A DNA stretch of 64,000 nt, taken from NCBI GenBank assembly GCA_902606255.1, contig CACLFQ010000001.1, positions 28,074 through 92,073 of the forward strand, given 5' to 3'. The notes beneath the pieces were generated by a model. The model was not told where the DNA came from. It did no database searches and saw only the letters and a list, made by a program, of their open reading frames with translations. Every line of letters begins with the position of its first letter. Within the stretch, counting starts at the first letter, position 1. Both the position numbers and the translations under genes were made by a program. Shown here piece by piece: positions 23,010 to 34,214 of the stretch. This DNA is from an uncultured Prochlorococcus sp. GTDB lineage: Bacteria > Cyanobacteriota > Cyanobacteriia > PCC-6307 > Cyanobiaceae.

Positions 23010-24533
23010 TTGTCTGAAATAAAAGAAGCACGCTTACAAAAAGCTATTTCACTCGTTAGTAAAGGATTTGCTTCTTATGCACAGAGTTTTAGCGTTTCAC
23101 ATTCTACCAAATTTCTTATTCAAAAATTTGATTTTTTAGAGAATGGTCAAGAGGATGATTTTAGTGTTTCTATTGCTGGTAGAGTGATGGCAAAGAGAGT
23201 AATGGGCAAAATTGCCTTTTTCACAATAAGCGATCAAGAAGGTCAGATTCAGCTTTATCTAGATAAAAGGATTATTAATTTAAATTTAGAAGAACAAAAA
23301 TTACTTTCTTTTGAAGATATCAAGGAAATGGTAGATATTGGTGATTGGATAGGTGTCTTTGGAACTATTAAAAAAACTAATAAAGGTGAGCTTTCAGTTA
23401 AAGTAGAAAAATGGGAAATGTTATCCAAATCATTACAACCTCTACCAGATAAATGGCATGGATTGACTGATATTGAAAAAAGATATAGGCAACGTTATCT
23501 AGATTTAATAGTGAATCCTCACTCTAAAAATGTATTTAAAAAAAGAGCAAAATGTATAAGTTTTATAAGAAAATGGCTAGATAAAAGAAATTTTTTAGAG
23601 ATAGAGACTCCAATTCTGCAATCTGAAGCTGGTGGTGCTGAAGCAAGACCATTTATAACTCATCACAATACATTAGATATTCCGCTGTATCTAAGAATAG
23701 CTACTGAATTACATTTAAAAAGAATGGTTGTTGGAGGATTTGAGAAAGTATATGAATTGGGAAGAATCTTCCGTAATGAGGGGATCAGTACAAGGCATAA
23801 TCCAGAATTCACCTCAGTTGAAATTTATCAAGCTTTTTCTGACTATGTCGATATGATGAATTTAACAGAAGAATTGATTAAAGATATTTTAGTTGATGCA
23901 TGTGGGTCTTTAATTATAAATTATCAAAATAAAGAAATTGATTTTTCTAAACCTTGGACAAGAATATCGATGAAAGATATTGTCAAAAAATATACAGGTA
24001 TTGATTTTGATTCTTTCAGTGAAGACTTTCAAGCAGCAAAACAAGCCGTTAAAAGTATAAATGTTGATTTCTCTAATCAAGTCAATACTATGGGAAGACT
24101 TTTAAATGAGGTCTTCGAGCAAAAAGTAGAATCAAAACTTATAGAACCCACTTTTGTTATCGATTATCCTGTTGAAATTTCTCCTTTGGCTAGGCCTCAT
24201 CTTGATAATAAAGAAATTGTTCAGAGATTTGAATTATTCATTGTTGGTCGAGAGCTAGCAAATGCGTTTAGTGAGTTGATAGATCCAGTAGATCAAAGAG
24301 AACGAATGCAATTACAGCAATCTCTGAGAGATGAAGGAGATCTTGAGGCTCACCGTATAGATGAAGATTTCTTGAATGCTTTAGAGATTGGAATGCCGCC
24401 TACTGGAGGATTAGGCATAGGCATTGATAGGCTAATTATGTTAATTACTAATAGTGCATCAATTAGAGATGTAATCCCTTTCCCATTGTTAAAACCAGAA
24501 ATAACTTCCAAAAAAATGAAAAATTACCCTTGA
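23010..24533 (+). CDS. lysS: Lysine--tRNA ligase (class II)
   Basis: [47 protein letters not shown]; C-terminus possibly frameshifted (see findings). Confidence 0.98.
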   Translation: MSEIKEARLQKAISLVSKGFASYAQSFSVSHSTKFLIQKFDFLENGQEDDFSVSIAGRVMAKRVMGKIAFFTISDQEGQIQLYLDKRIINLNLEEQKLLSFEDIKEMVDIGDWIGVFGTIKKTNKGELSVKVEKWEMLSKSLQPLPDKWHGLTDIEKRYRQRYLDLIVNPHSKNVFKKRAKCISFIRKWLDKRNFLEIETPILQSEAGGAEARPFITHHNTLDIPLYLRIATELHLKRMVVGGFEKVYELGRIFRNEGISTRHNPEFTSVEIYQAFSDYVDMMNLTEELIKDILVDACGSLIINYQNKEIDFSKPWTRISMKDIVKKYTGIDFDSFSEDFQAAKQAVKSINVDFSNQVNTMGRLLNEVFEQKVESKLIEPTFVIDYPVEISPLARPHLDNKEIVQRFELFIVGRELANAFSELIDPVDQRERMQLQQSLRDEGDLEAHRIDEDFLNALEIGMPPTGGLGIGIDRLIMLITNSASIRDVIPFPLLKPEITSKKMKNYP

Positions 24534-24576
24534 ATGAAGTAAAATAAATAAATTAATCCAATACGAAATTTTTTAA

Positions 24577-24825
24577 ATGAGTGGTGAACGTGTTGGTTTC
24601 CGTTTCAAACACGCGGATGCAGTAGTAAAAAGAAATCCTCAAGGTCGATCAAGAAGAGGATGGGTTATTGAACCAGTAGAACAAACTACAAGTAGGGGTA
24701 CAAAAATGCCTGCATACAAAATTCGCTGGAGAGATAGTGAGAGGCCTGAAACTGTCTTACAGCATATGTTAATTGCAGATCCAGATCCTTCCCCACCTCC
24801 AAGTTCAGTCAGTTTAGATTCATAG
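24577..24825 (+). CDS. Conserved hypothetical protein
   Basis: 82 aa ATG ORF filling the lysS-smpB gap, protein-like composition, Pro-rich C-terminus. Confidence 0.8.
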   Translation: MSGERVGFRFKHADAVVKRNPQGRSRRGWVIEPVEQTTSRGTKMPAYKIRWRDSERPETVLQHMLIADPDPSPPPSSVSLDS

Positions 24826-24849
24826 TTTCAATAATTCTGCATAATATTT

Positions 24850-25344
24850 TTATCTTTTTAGTGCAGTGTTGATTTCTTTTTTTATACTTTTTTGTTTTTC
24901 ATCTTGGCGTTTATCATGTAATTTCTTCCCTTTTCCCACTCCAATAGTTAGTTTTATCCATGAGCCTTTTAAATATAGAGATAAAGGAACAATAGTCATT
25001 CCTTTTTTTTCAGTATTGGATCTCATTTTTATTATTTCTTTTTTATGTAGTAGCAATTTTCTATTTCTTAATGGATCATGATTAAAGAAAGACCCCACAT
25101 TTTTATGTGGTGAAATGTGAACATTTAATAATAAGATCTCACCATCTCTGAATGAACAGTACCCATCTCTTAAATTTGCTTTTCCGTTTCTAATGGACTT
25201 TACTTCAGTCCCTAAAAGCTCAATACCAGCTTCGATTGTTTCAGATATTGCATATTGAAATTTTGCATATCTATTCTCAGCTAGAAGTTTAAAATTATTT
25301 TCTTTATTGGTATTTCTTTTAACTTTGTTTGAATTTTTTGCCAT
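24850..25344 (-). CDS. smpB: SsrA-binding protein
   Basis: [33 protein letters not shown]. Confidence 0.98.
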   Translation of the reverse strand: MAKNSNKVKRNTNKENNFKLLAENRYAKFQYAISETIEAGIELLGTEVKSIRNGKANLRDGYCSFRDGEILLLNVHISPHKNVGSFFNHDPLRNRKLLLHKKEIIKMRSNTEKKGMTIVPLSLYLKGSWIKLTIGVGKGKKLHDKRQDEKQKSIKKEINTALKR

Positions 25345-25370
25345 TTTGGTTGTAAAAAATCTTACTAATC

Positions 25371-25384
25371 AGAACAATTGTAAT
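25371..25384 (-). promoter_or_regulatory. Candidate cyanobacterial LexA (SOS) box upstream of ruvB
   Basis: Minus strand ATTACAATTGTTCT matches RGTACNNNDGTWCB with one mismatch, 12 nt before the ruvB ATG. Confidence 0.35.
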
Positions 25385-25396
25385 TAACCTTTCATT

Positions 25397-26455
25397 ATGG
25401 CAATAATTTCATCTAATATAGGCGATGATGACTTTTCTCTTCGTAAAAAAGAGCTTAGGATAGTTGATTCAAAAATCATTTCAGAAGAAAAGATAAATAA
25501 AAATCTGAACTTAGCGCGGCCTCTTAGTTTAAAAGAATTTATTGGCCAAGAACAACTTAAATCTTCTTTAAAAATAGCTATAGATGCTTCAATTTTCAGA
25601 AAAGAACCTTTGGAGCATACTCTTTTATATGGACAGCCTGGTTTAGGCAAGACTACTCTTGCTTTTTTGATAGCCCATGAATTAAATACAAAATGTAGAA
25701 TAGCAACTGCACCAGCAATTGAAAGACCTAGAGATATTGTAGGTTTGCTTCTTGGATTAAAAGAAGGTGAAGTTTTATTTATCGATGAGATACATCGCCT
25801 AAATAGGTTAACTGAAGAGTTGTTATACTCTGCAATGGAAGATTTTAGAATCGACTTAACTATGGGAGCTAATAGAGGAGCACGTTGCAGAACAATTAAT
25901 CTTCCTAGGTTTACTCTGATTGGCGCAACAACTAAATTAGCCTCAATAAGTGCACCTCTAAGAGATAGATTTGGTATATCTCAGAAAATTGACTTTTATA
26001 CTTATGATGAATTAAAACAAATAATTGTTAATTTCTCCCGATTAATTAACCTCAATTTAGATGATCAAGCATCTTATGATTTAGCGAAGATATCTCGAGG
26101 GACTCCAAGAATTGCGTTAAGATTATTAAGAAGAGTTAGAGATTATGCTCAAGTTGTTAAGAAAACGAATATGGTCTCCGTGAATTTAATAAAAAAAGCT
26201 TTAAATTCTTACCAAATAGACGAAAAAGGTTTGGATTCTTTAGATAGAAACTATTTATCTTTTCTTAACCAAAACAATAATATTCCAACTGGCCTTGATT
26301 CAATTGCAGCTGGCTTGGGTGATGATTCTTCAATGTTAGAATTTGTAGTTGAGCCATATCTAATTAAAATTGGTTTCCTCACTAGAACTCCTCGAGGAAG
26401 ATTGCTTACTTATTTAGGAAAAAAGTACATTGATTCAAAAAATGATAACTTTTAA
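25397..26455 (+). CDS. ruvB: Holliday junction branch migration helicase RuvB
   Basis: [41 protein letters not shown]. Confidence 0.98.
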   Translation: MAIISSNIGDDDFSLRKKELRIVDSKIISEEKINKNLNLARPLSLKEFIGQEQLKSSLKIAIDASIFRKEPLEHTLLYGQPGLGKTTLAFLIAHELNTKCRIATAPAIERPRDIVGLLLGLKEGEVLFIDEIHRLNRLTEELLYSAMEDFRIDLTMGANRGARCRTINLPRFTLIGATTKLASISAPLRDRFGISQKIDFYTYDELKQIIVNFSRLINLNLDDQASYDLAKISRGTPRIALRLLRRVRDYAQVVKKTNMVSVNLIKKALNSYQIDEKGLDSLDRNYLSFLNQNNNIPTGLDSIAAGLGDDSSMLEFVVEPYLIKIGFLTRTPRGRLLTYLGKKYIDSKNDNF

Positions 26456-27230
26456 AAAAGTTAAGATTTATTTTTTATTGATTGTTGTTTTTTTGAATAT
26501 TTTTTTTCTTGCACCATGCTATTCATTATCTTTGAGACAGGATTTGTTTAAAAATGCATTAGATCTTAGTTCAGGCGGAAAATTTAATCTCGCTTTAGAA
26601 GAATGGAATAAATATCTCGATTCCTATCCTGATGATGCTGCAGGTTTGAGCAATAGAGGAAATATAAGACTTGTTATAGGAGATGTAAAGGGATCAATAG
26701 ATGATCAAAACAAGGCGATAAGTTTGAATCCTAATGAAATAGATCCCTACATTAACAGGGGGATAGCAGAGGAAGCATTGGGTTTATGGCCGCAAGCGAA
26801 AAAAGATTATATGTTCGTTATTTCGCAAGATAGTAAAAATTTCTCTGCATTATATAATTTGGCTAATGCAGAAGGATCTACATCACATTGGGAAAAAGCA
26901 AGAGATTTATTTTCAAAAGCTGCTTTATATAATCCTGGATTTGCCATGGCTAGGTCAAGTAAGGCGTTAGCAGATTTCCAGTTGGGAAACATTGATGAAT
27001 CTGAAAAAGAATTAAAAAAATTAATTAGACGTTATCCAACTTTTGCAGATGCCAGGGCAGCTTTAACAGCTTTGAATTGGTCTAAGGGTGAATCTGGGAA
27101 CGCAGAGAGTAATTGGATAGCTGTAACCGAATTAGATCCTAGATATAGTGATGAAGAATGGTTAAAAAAAATAAGAAGATGGCCTCCACAACCAATTAAA
27201 GATTTAATGAACTTTATCGATTTAAAATAA
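26442..27230 (+). CDS. Tetratricopeptide repeat protein with signal peptide
   Basis: Repeated TPR patterns (SNRG, INRG, ALYNLA) after a hydrophobic N-terminus; ATG at 26442. Confidence 0.85.
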   Translation: MITFKKVKIYFLLIVVFLNIFFLAPCYSLSLRQDLFKNALDLSSGGKFNLALEEWNKYLDSYPDDAAGLSNRGNIRLVIGDVKGSIDDQNKAISLNPNEIDPYINRGIAEEALGLWPQAKKDYMFVISQDSKNFSALYNLANAEGSTSHWEKARDLFSKAALYNPGFAMARSSKALADFQLGNIDESEKELKKLIRRYPTFADARAALTALNWSKGESGNAESNWIAVTELDPRYSDEEWLKKIRRWPPQPIKDLMNFIDLK

Positions 27231-27233
27231 GTA

Positions 27234-28418
27234 ATGAATAGTGATCAGTTTTATAAAAAAATTGATTCGTTTAATGATGAATTAATTAACTTGAGAAGAC
27301 ATATTCATGCACATCCGGAATTAAGTGGTCTTGAAAATCAGACAGCGATCTTGATAAGTGGTTTTTTAAAAAAAATTGGTTGGAATGTTAGAGAATCTAT
27401 AGGCAGGACAGGAGTTATAGCTGATTTTGGGCCCTTAGATAAAGGCATTATAGGTTTAAGAGTGGATATGGATGCTTTGCCAATATTGGAGGAAACTAAA
27501 TTAAGTTTTTCTTCAAAAGTAGATGGTGTTATGCATGCCTGTGGTCATGATTTGCATATATCAATTGGATTGGGTGTGGCAAAAATAATTAAGGATTTAA
27601 AACTAAATTTTGGGACTCGGATAATTTTTCAGCCTGCTGAAGAAATTGCGAGTGGAGCTAAATGGATGATTAAGGATGGCGCAACTAATGGTTTAAACTA
27701 TATTTTGGGAGTTCATGTCTACCCCGATTTATCCGTAGGGACTATTGGCATTAAAGAGGGAAGTTTAACTGCAGCTGCGGGAGAACTTAAGGTAGAGATT
27801 AAAGGAAAATCAGGCCATGGTGCTCGACCTCATGAAGGAGTTGATGCTATTTGGGTGGCCTCTAAAGTTATCTCAGGAATTCAAGAATCAATAACAAGGA
27901 AGTTAGACCCTTTAGACCCTATAGTAATAACTTTTGGGAAAATAAATGGTGGCAATGCATTCAATGTTCTTGCAGAAAAGGTTAATTTAATTGGTACGGT
28001 TAGATCCTCTAATCGTGAAGTATTTAAGAATATTGGTAATTGGCTCAATGAAAATATCACTTCTTTAGCTAATAGTTGCGGAGCTGAAGCAAAAGTAATT
28101 TTTAGAGAAATCACTCCAGCAGTTAATAATAATTCTGAAATCAATAGAGTCATAAGAGATTCTGGAATTAAGGTTTTGGGTCTAGAAAATGTTATCGAAT
28201 TACAAAAACCATCATTAGGAGCTGAGGATTTCGCTGAATTCTTAAATGAGATTCCAGGAGCAATGTTTAGGCTTGGCGTTTCTAGAGCAAATGGATGTGA
28301 TCCTCTTCATAGTTCTAAATTTGATCCAGATGAAAGAGCTATTGCTGTTGGAATTAAAGTTATAACAGAATCCATAGTAAAATTAAACAATGAAAGAATT
28401 AATAAAATTGGTAAATGA
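27234..28418 (+). CDS. M20D family amidohydrolase
   Basis: RRHIHAHPELS, DMDALP, MHACGHD, FQPAEE, GAEDF. Confidence 0.93.
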   Translation: MNSDQFYKKIDSFNDELINLRRHIHAHPELSGLENQTAILISGFLKKIGWNVRESIGRTGVIADFGPLDKGIIGLRVDMDALPILEETKLSFSSKVDGVMHACGHDLHISIGLGVAKIIKDLKLNFGTRIIFQPAEEIASGAKWMIKDGATNGLNYILGVHVYPDLSVGTIGIKEGSLTAAAGELKVEIKGKSGHGARPHEGVDAIWVASKVISGIQESITRKLDPLDPIVITFGKINGGNAFNVLAEKVNLIGTVRSSNREVFKNIGNWLNENITSLANSCGAEAKVIFREITPAVNNNSEINRVIRDSGIKVLGLENVIELQKPSLGAEDFAEFLNEIPGAMFRLGVSRANGCDPLHSSKFDPDERAIAVGIKVITESIVKLNNERINKIGK

Positions 28419-28630
28419 AAATTAATAAAAGATTTATTTTATCTTTTGTGGCTCCTTTGATGATCCTCATATCTACGATCGGATTGATATTTAGGGACAA
28501 TTCCAGGAAGATTTTTTATTTACCCGTTGGCTTGATGGGGATTGTAATAATTTTGGAGAAGGGTATAAGCAGAAAATTAGATAGGAAAAATATTTTAAAA
28601 AAGATAAAGTCTTATCAAAAATTTAAATAA
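28415..28630 (+). CDS. Small two-TM membrane protein (DUF3188-like)
   Basis: 71 aa, two hydrophobic segments, ATGA overlap with the upstream stop. Confidence 0.65.
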   Translation: MKINKRFILSFVAPLMILISTIGLIFRDNSRKIFYLPVGLMGIVIILEKGISRKLDRKNILKKIKSYQKFK

Positions 28631-28697
28631 AATCATTTTATATATTTTACGCAACATGAGATGACTATTTTTTAGAAAAGAGCTATTAATAATATTA

Positions 28698-28779
28698 ATA
28701 CTAGGGGTGCTAAGAAATTTAACTTAGCTGAGATCATACCCTTTGAACCTGAATCATTTATCTTGATGCAGGGAAGTGG
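28698..28779 (+). promoter_or_regulatory. TPP riboswitch (variant) upstream of thiC
   Basis: AGGGGTGC, P3 GCTAAG/CTTAGC, TGAGA, ATACCC, GAACCTG and CAGGGAAGT, about 50 nt before thiC. Confidence 0.9.
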
Positions 28780-28827
28780 AGATTTGATCAAACTTTAGTA
28801 ATAACACTTTTTAAAAATTTGTAAATT

Positions 28828-30198
28828 ATGAGAAGTTCTTGGATTAAGCCGCGCCTTGGGAAAGACAATGTAACTCAGATGAACTTTGCTAGAAACGGAC
28901 ATATCACTGAAGAAATGGATTTTGTTGCTAAAAAAGAGAATCTTCCTTCTTCTTTAATAATGGAAGAAGTGGCAAGAGGAAGATTAATTATTCCAGCTAA
29001 TATTAATCATTTGAATCTTGAGCCAATGTCCATAGGTATTGCTTCTAGATGCAAAGTTAATGCTAATATTGGTGCTTCCCCAAATGCAAGTGATATCAAT
29101 GAAGAAGTGGAGAAGCTAAAACTAGCAGTTAAATATGGGGCTGATACGGTTATGGATCTTTCTACAGGAGGAGTAAATTTAGATGAAGTACGGCAAGCAA
29201 TTATTCACGAGTCTCCTGTCCCAATAGGAACAGTTCCTGTTTATCAAGCTTTAGAAAGTGTACATGGTTCAATAGATAGACTAACTGAAGACGATTTTCT
29301 TCATATTATTGAAAAACATTGTCAGCAGGGTGTAGATTATCAAACTATTCATGCTGGGCTGTTAATAGAGCATTTGCCGAAAGTCAAAGGAAGAATTACT
29401 GGAATTGTTAGTAGGGGGGGAGGTATTTTAGCCCAATGGATGTTGCATCATTTTAAGCAAAATCCTCTTTACACAAGGTTTGATGACATTTGTGAAATTT
29501 TTAAGAAATATGATTGTACTTTTTCTCTAGGAGATTCATTAAGGCCTGGATGCTTGCATGATGCTTCGGATGATGCTCAGCTAGCTGAATTGAAGACATT
29601 AGGCCAGCTTACTCGAAGAGCATGGGAACATAATGTTCAAGTAATGGTTGAGGGTCCTGGTCATGTACCTATGGACCAAATTGAGTTTAATGTGAGAAAG
29701 CAAATGGAAGAATGTTCAGAAGCCCCCTTCTATGTGCTTGGTCCATTAGTGACAGATATCTCTCCTGGTTATGACCATATATCAAGTGCTATTGGAGCTG
29801 CGATGGCAGGGTGGTATGGAACTTCTATGTTATGTTATGTAACCCCAAAAGAACATCTAGGCCTACCAAATGCAGAAGATGTAAGAGAAGGCTTAATTGC
29901 TTATAAAATAGCTGCTCACGCTGCTGATATAGCAAGACATAGAGCTGGAGCTCGTGATCGAGATGATGAACTTAGTCATGCAAGGTATAACTTTGATTGG
30001 AATAAACAATTCGAACTTTCATTAGATCCGGAAAGGGCAAAGCAGTATCATGATGAGACACTGCCTGAAGAAATCTTTAAAAAGGCTGAGTTTTGTTCAA
30101 TGTGTGGCCCTAAACATTGTCCCATGAATTCAAAGATTTCTGATGAATCTCTTGATCAGCTAAAAGATAAGCTTGAAGAATGTAATACTTCAGTGTAA
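28828..30198 (+). CDS. thiC: Phosphomethylpyrimidine synthase
   Basis: [34 protein letters not shown]. Confidence 0.99.
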   Translation: MRSSWIKPRLGKDNVTQMNFARNGHITEEMDFVAKKENLPSSLIMEEVARGRLIIPANINHLNLEPMSIGIASRCKVNANIGASPNASDINEEVEKLKLAVKYGADTVMDLSTGGVNLDEVRQAIIHESPVPIGTVPVYQALESVHGSIDRLTEDDFLHIIEKHCQQGVDYQTIHAGLLIEHLPKVKGRITGIVSRGGGILAQWMLHHFKQNPLYTRFDDICEIFKKYDCTFSLGDSLRPGCLHDASDDAQLAELKTLGQLTRRAWEHNVQVMVEGPGHVPMDQIEFNVRKQMEECSEAPFYVLGPLVTDISPGYDHISSAIGAAMAGWYGTSMLCYVTPKEHLGLPNAEDVREGLIAYKIAAHAADIARHRAGARDRDDELSHARYNFDWNKQFELSLDPERAKQYHDETLPEEIFKKAEFCSMCGPKHCPMNSKISDESLDQLKDKLEECNTSV

Positions 30199-30212
30199 TT
30201 ATCAATTAATAC

Positions 30213-32219
30213 TTATAGAATTTCTTTAGTCTTATTAACAACGTTTTCTACTGTAAATCCAAAATTTTTCATACATTCTCCACCTGGTGCAGATGCACCA
30301 AACCTATCCATAGTAATACAAATCCCATCAAAACCTGTATATTTATGCCAACCAAATGAATGGGCAGCTTCTACTACAACTCTCTTTTTCACACTATTAG
30401 GTAAAACACTTTCTTTGTAAGATTCTTCTTGTTCTTCGAAAAGTTCTACACAAGGCATAGAAACAACTCTAATTTTTTTACCTAAACTTGAAATTTCCTT
30501 ACTTGCTTCAATGCAAAGATTCAGTTCGCTTCCAGTACCAATAAATATTAGATCTGGTGTTCCTTCGCAATCGGAAACTACATATCCTCCTAGAGCAACT
30601 TTATTGATAGAAGTATTTTCTTGATTTGGCATTCCTTGTCTGCTTAAACAAAGGGCAGAAGGTCTTTTGCGATTTTGAATAGCAAGCTTATAAGCTCCAC
30701 TAGTCTCATTGCCATCTCCAGGTCTGAAAACTAGCATGTTAGGCATAGCACGAAGAGAAGGGATAGTTTCAATAGGTTGATGTGTTGGACCGTCTTCCCC
30801 TACACCAATTGAATCGTGAGTTAGAACATAGATCACTCCTAATTCGCTGAGTGCTGAAAGCCTCATTGAGCCTCTCATATAATCAGCAAATACAAGGAAG
30901 GTTCCTCCATAAGGAATAAGACCACTATCGTGATAAGCAATACCATTAAGTACAGCTGCCATTGCATGTTCTCGTACACCAAAATGTAAATATCTTTTTT
31001 CAGGGCTATGTGGCTGGAATGATCCAGTTTCACCTTTGATATCTGTGTAATTAGAGTGAGTTAAATCTGCAGAGCCGCCAATTAATTCAGGCAGGTTAGG
31101 TCCTAAAGCACCTAAACATATTTGTGAATGCTTTCTGGTTGCTAAACCTTTATCACTAGGTGTATAAGAGGGGAGATCTGAGTCCCAATTCTCAGGTAAT
31201 TGGCCTTTTAACATTCTGTTTAACTCAGCCCCTTCAGAGGGATATTTTTTTTGATATTCTTCAAATTTAGAATCCCATTTTTTCTCTAAGTTTTCGCCTT
31301 TGTTTATTGATTTTCTAAAATGCTCATATACTTCATTTGGTATTTCAAATGGAGGATATTCCCAATTTAGAAACTCTCTAGTTAATACAGCTTCTTCTTC
31401 TCCAACAGCTGCTCCATGAATCCCAGCAGTATCTGATTTATTGGGCGAACCATAACCTATGGTTGTAGAAATTTTTATAATTGAAGGCTTGTCTGTAATT
31501 AATTTTGCTTTTTCGATAGCTTCAGTTATTCCTTTAACATCATGATTCCCATCTTCAACATGTTGTACATGCCAGCCATAAGCTTCGTATCTTTTTAAGA
31601 CATCTTCAGTGAAAGAAACGTCGGTTCGCCCATCAATTGTAATTTGATTATCGTCATAAAGTGCAATTAATTTTCCAAGCTTAAGATGACCAGCTAATGA
31701 GCAGGCCTCTGATGCAATACCTTCTTGATTACAGCCGTCACCCATTATTACGTAAGTATAGTGATCAACGATCTTACAATCAGGCTTGTTGAATTTAGCT
31801 GCTAAGTGAGTTTCAGCTATTGCTAAACCAACTGCATTTGAGATTCCGGCTCCAAGAGGCCCAGCTGTAACTTCAACTCCTTCAGTTTCGAATGTTTCTG
31901 GATGTCCAGGAGTTTTTGATCCCCATTGCCTAAATTCTTTAATGTCTTCTATAGAAACTGATTTGTACCCTGTCAAATGAAGCAAGGAATATAACAGCAT
32001 ACAGCCATGACCAGCTGATAATACGAAACGGTCTCTATTGAACCATTTTGGGTTATTGGGGTTGTGATTAAGTATGTTTTGCCATAATGCATAACCCATA
32101 GGAGCACATCCCATTGGTAATCCAGGATGTCCACTATTAGATTTATTTACTGCATCTACAGCAAGCATTCTTATACTATTTACACAAAGTGATTCTAATG
32201 AAACAGATGCAGCGACCAT
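30213..32219 (-). CDS. tkt: Transketolase
   Basis: [38 protein letters not shown]. Confidence 0.99.
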   Translation of the reverse strand: MVAASVSLESLCVNSIRMLAVDAVNKSNSGHPGLPMGCAPMGYALWQNILNHNPNNPKWFNRDRFVLSAGHGCMLLYSLLHLTGYKSVSIEDIKEFRQWGSKTPGHPETFETEGVEVTAGPLGAGISNAVGLAIAETHLAAKFNKPDCKIVDHYTYVIMGDGCNQEGIASEACSLAGHLKLGKLIALYDDNQITIDGRTDVSFTEDVLKRYEAYGWHVQHVEDGNHDVKGITEAIEKAKLITDKPSIIKISTTIGYGSPNKSDTAGIHGAAVGEEEAVLTREFLNWEYPPFEIPNEVYEHFRKSINKGENLEKKWDSKFEEYQKKYPSEGAELNRMLKGQLPENWDSDLPSYTPSDKGLATRKHSQICLGALGPNLPELIGGSADLTHSNYTDIKGETGSFQPHSPEKRYLHFGVREHAMAAVLNGIAYHDSGLIPYGGTFLVFADYMRGSMRLSALSELGVIYVLTHDSIGVGEDGPTHQPIETIPSLRAMPNMLVFRPGDGNETSGAYKLAIQNRKRPSALCLSRQGMPNQENTSINKVALGGYVVSDCEGTPDLIFIGTGSELNLCIEASKEISSLGKKIRVVSMPCVELFEEQEESYKESVLPNSVKKRVVVEAAHSFGWHKYTGFDGICITMDRFGASAPGGECMKNFGFTVENVVNKTKEIL

Positions 32220-32262
32220 TGTTTTAAAATAAGTTAAGTTGGAAATACAGAATTGGTTGTCT

Positions 32263-33507
32263 TCAATTCATTTTGCTGAAAGCAAGGCAAACATTGTGAC
32301 CACCAAATCCGAAGGAATTAGAAAGAGCGACTCCTACTTGAGTTTCTCTTGCATTATTTGGTACATAATCAAGATCACATTCAGGATCTGGATTGACGTA
32401 GTTAATTGTAGGAGGGATAAAATTATGTGTCAAAGAAAGTATACAAGCTACAGCTTCTATACCTCCTGAGCCTCCTAGGAGATGACCAGTCATCGACTTA
32501 GTAGAGCTTACAGGAATGAGGTAAGATCTGTCTTTAAATATAGATTTAATTGCAGAAGTTTCATTTTTGTCATTAGCTGATGTACTCGTTCCATGAGCAT
32601 TGATGTAATCAACTTTTTCAAGGCTAAGAGAAGCGTCTTCAATTGCTAGTTTGATTGCTTTAGCGCCTCCAACCCCGCCTGGAGATGGAGCAGTAATGTG
32701 ATGAGCATCACATGTTGTTCCATATCCAATGATTTCTGCATAAATTCTTGCATTTCTTTTTTGTGCATTTTCTAAAGTTTCTAAAACAAGAATTCCAGAT
32801 CCCTCTCCAATAACAAAACCATCTCTTTCTGCATCAAAAGGCCTGCTAGCAGTTTGAGGACTTTCATTTCTGAAAGAAAGAGCTTTGGCACTAGCAAAAC
32901 CAGCTACTCCAAGAGGCGTAATACTTGCTTCTGCTCCTCCACAGATCATTGCATCTGCCTTGCCAAGTTGAAGTAATCTAAAAGAATCACCAATTGCATT
33001 TGAACCGGCAGCGCAGGCGGTTGAAACAGAGGAGCTTGGTCCTTTTGCACCCAAAGCAATAGCAGCTAATCCAGTTGCCATATTTGGAATCATCATTGGG
33101 ACTGTAAATGGACTTACTCTTTTAGGTCCTTTATGACTCAGAATTTGAGCTTGACTTTCCATAGTTAGTAAGCCTCCAACACCAGAACCAATAATTACTC
33201 CAATTCTTGATGAATTAGCTTCAGTAATTTCAAGTCCGGAATCATAAAAGGCTTGCTTTGCAGCTATAACTCCAAACTGGGAAAAACGATCCCATCTTTT
33301 GGATTCTTTAGCTTCAATAAAATTTTCAGATTGAAGATTTTTTACTTCTGCTGCAAATTTGCAAGGATGTTGTTCGGGATTAAAGAGTGTAATATCTGAT
33401 ACCCCGTTAGTACCTTTTTGCAGTCCGACTAAATATTCATCAATGTTATTACCAATTGGAGTTACTGCTCCGATACCGGTAATAACAACTCGATGGAGAT
33501 TTGGCAT
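32263..33507 (-). CDS. fabF: 3-oxoacyl-ACP synthase II
   Basis: [31 protein letters not shown]. Confidence 0.98.
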   Translation of the reverse strand: MPNLHRVVITGIGAVTPIGNNIDEYLVGLQKGTNGVSDITLFNPEQHPCKFAAEVKNLQSENFIEAKESKRWDRFSQFGVIAAKQAFYDSGLEITEANSSRIGVIIGSGVGGLLTMESQAQILSHKGPKRVSPFTVPMMIPNMATGLAAIALGAKGPSSSVSTACAAGSNAIGDSFRLLQLGKADAMICGGAEASITPLGVAGFASAKALSFRNESPQTASRPFDAERDGFVIGEGSGILVLETLENAQKRNARIYAEIIGYGTTCDAHHITAPSPGGVGGAKAIKLAIEDASLSLEKVDYINAHGTSTSANDKNETSAIKSIFKDRSYLIPVSSTKSMTGHLLGGSGGIEAVACILSLTHNFIPPTINYVNPDPECDLDYVPNNARETQVGVALSNSFGFGGHNVCLAFSKMN

Positions 33508-33513
33508 CCTTTA

Positions 33514-33753
33514 CTAACCTTTTTTTTCTTCGATGAATTTTACTGCATCGCCAACAGTTGCGATTCCTTCCGCTGCTTCATCAGGAATTTCAATATCAAA
33601 TGCTTCTTCAAGAGCCATTACTAATTCAACGGTATCTAGAGAATCTGCGCCTAAATCATTTTGGAAATTTGAATCTGATTTGACTTCTCCTGCTTCAACA
33701 CCTAATTGTTCTGAAACAATAGAGCAAACTTTTTCGAGGATTTCTTGTGACAT
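33514..33753 (-). CDS. acpP: Acyl carrier protein
   Basis: [18 protein letters not shown]. Confidence 0.98.
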   Translation of the reverse strand: MSQEILEKVCSIVSEQLGVEAGEVKSDSNFQNDLGADSLDTVELVMALEEAFDIEIPDEAAEGIATVGDAVKFIEEKKG

Positions 33754-33844
33754 AGTTTATGGAATTTACTAATTATCTATATGATTTTATGCCCTAGAGT
33801 TAACAAGAGTGAAGCATATCTTAATTTTTTTAATTTCTTTGTAA

Positions 33845-34132
<288 letters not shown>

Positions 34133-34214
34133 ACTTATATAGTGCAGTTTTAAGAGAGTCCATGTTTTAAAAATACTTATTTTTTTTCAAATATAATTGA
34201 AGAAAAATTTTCGT

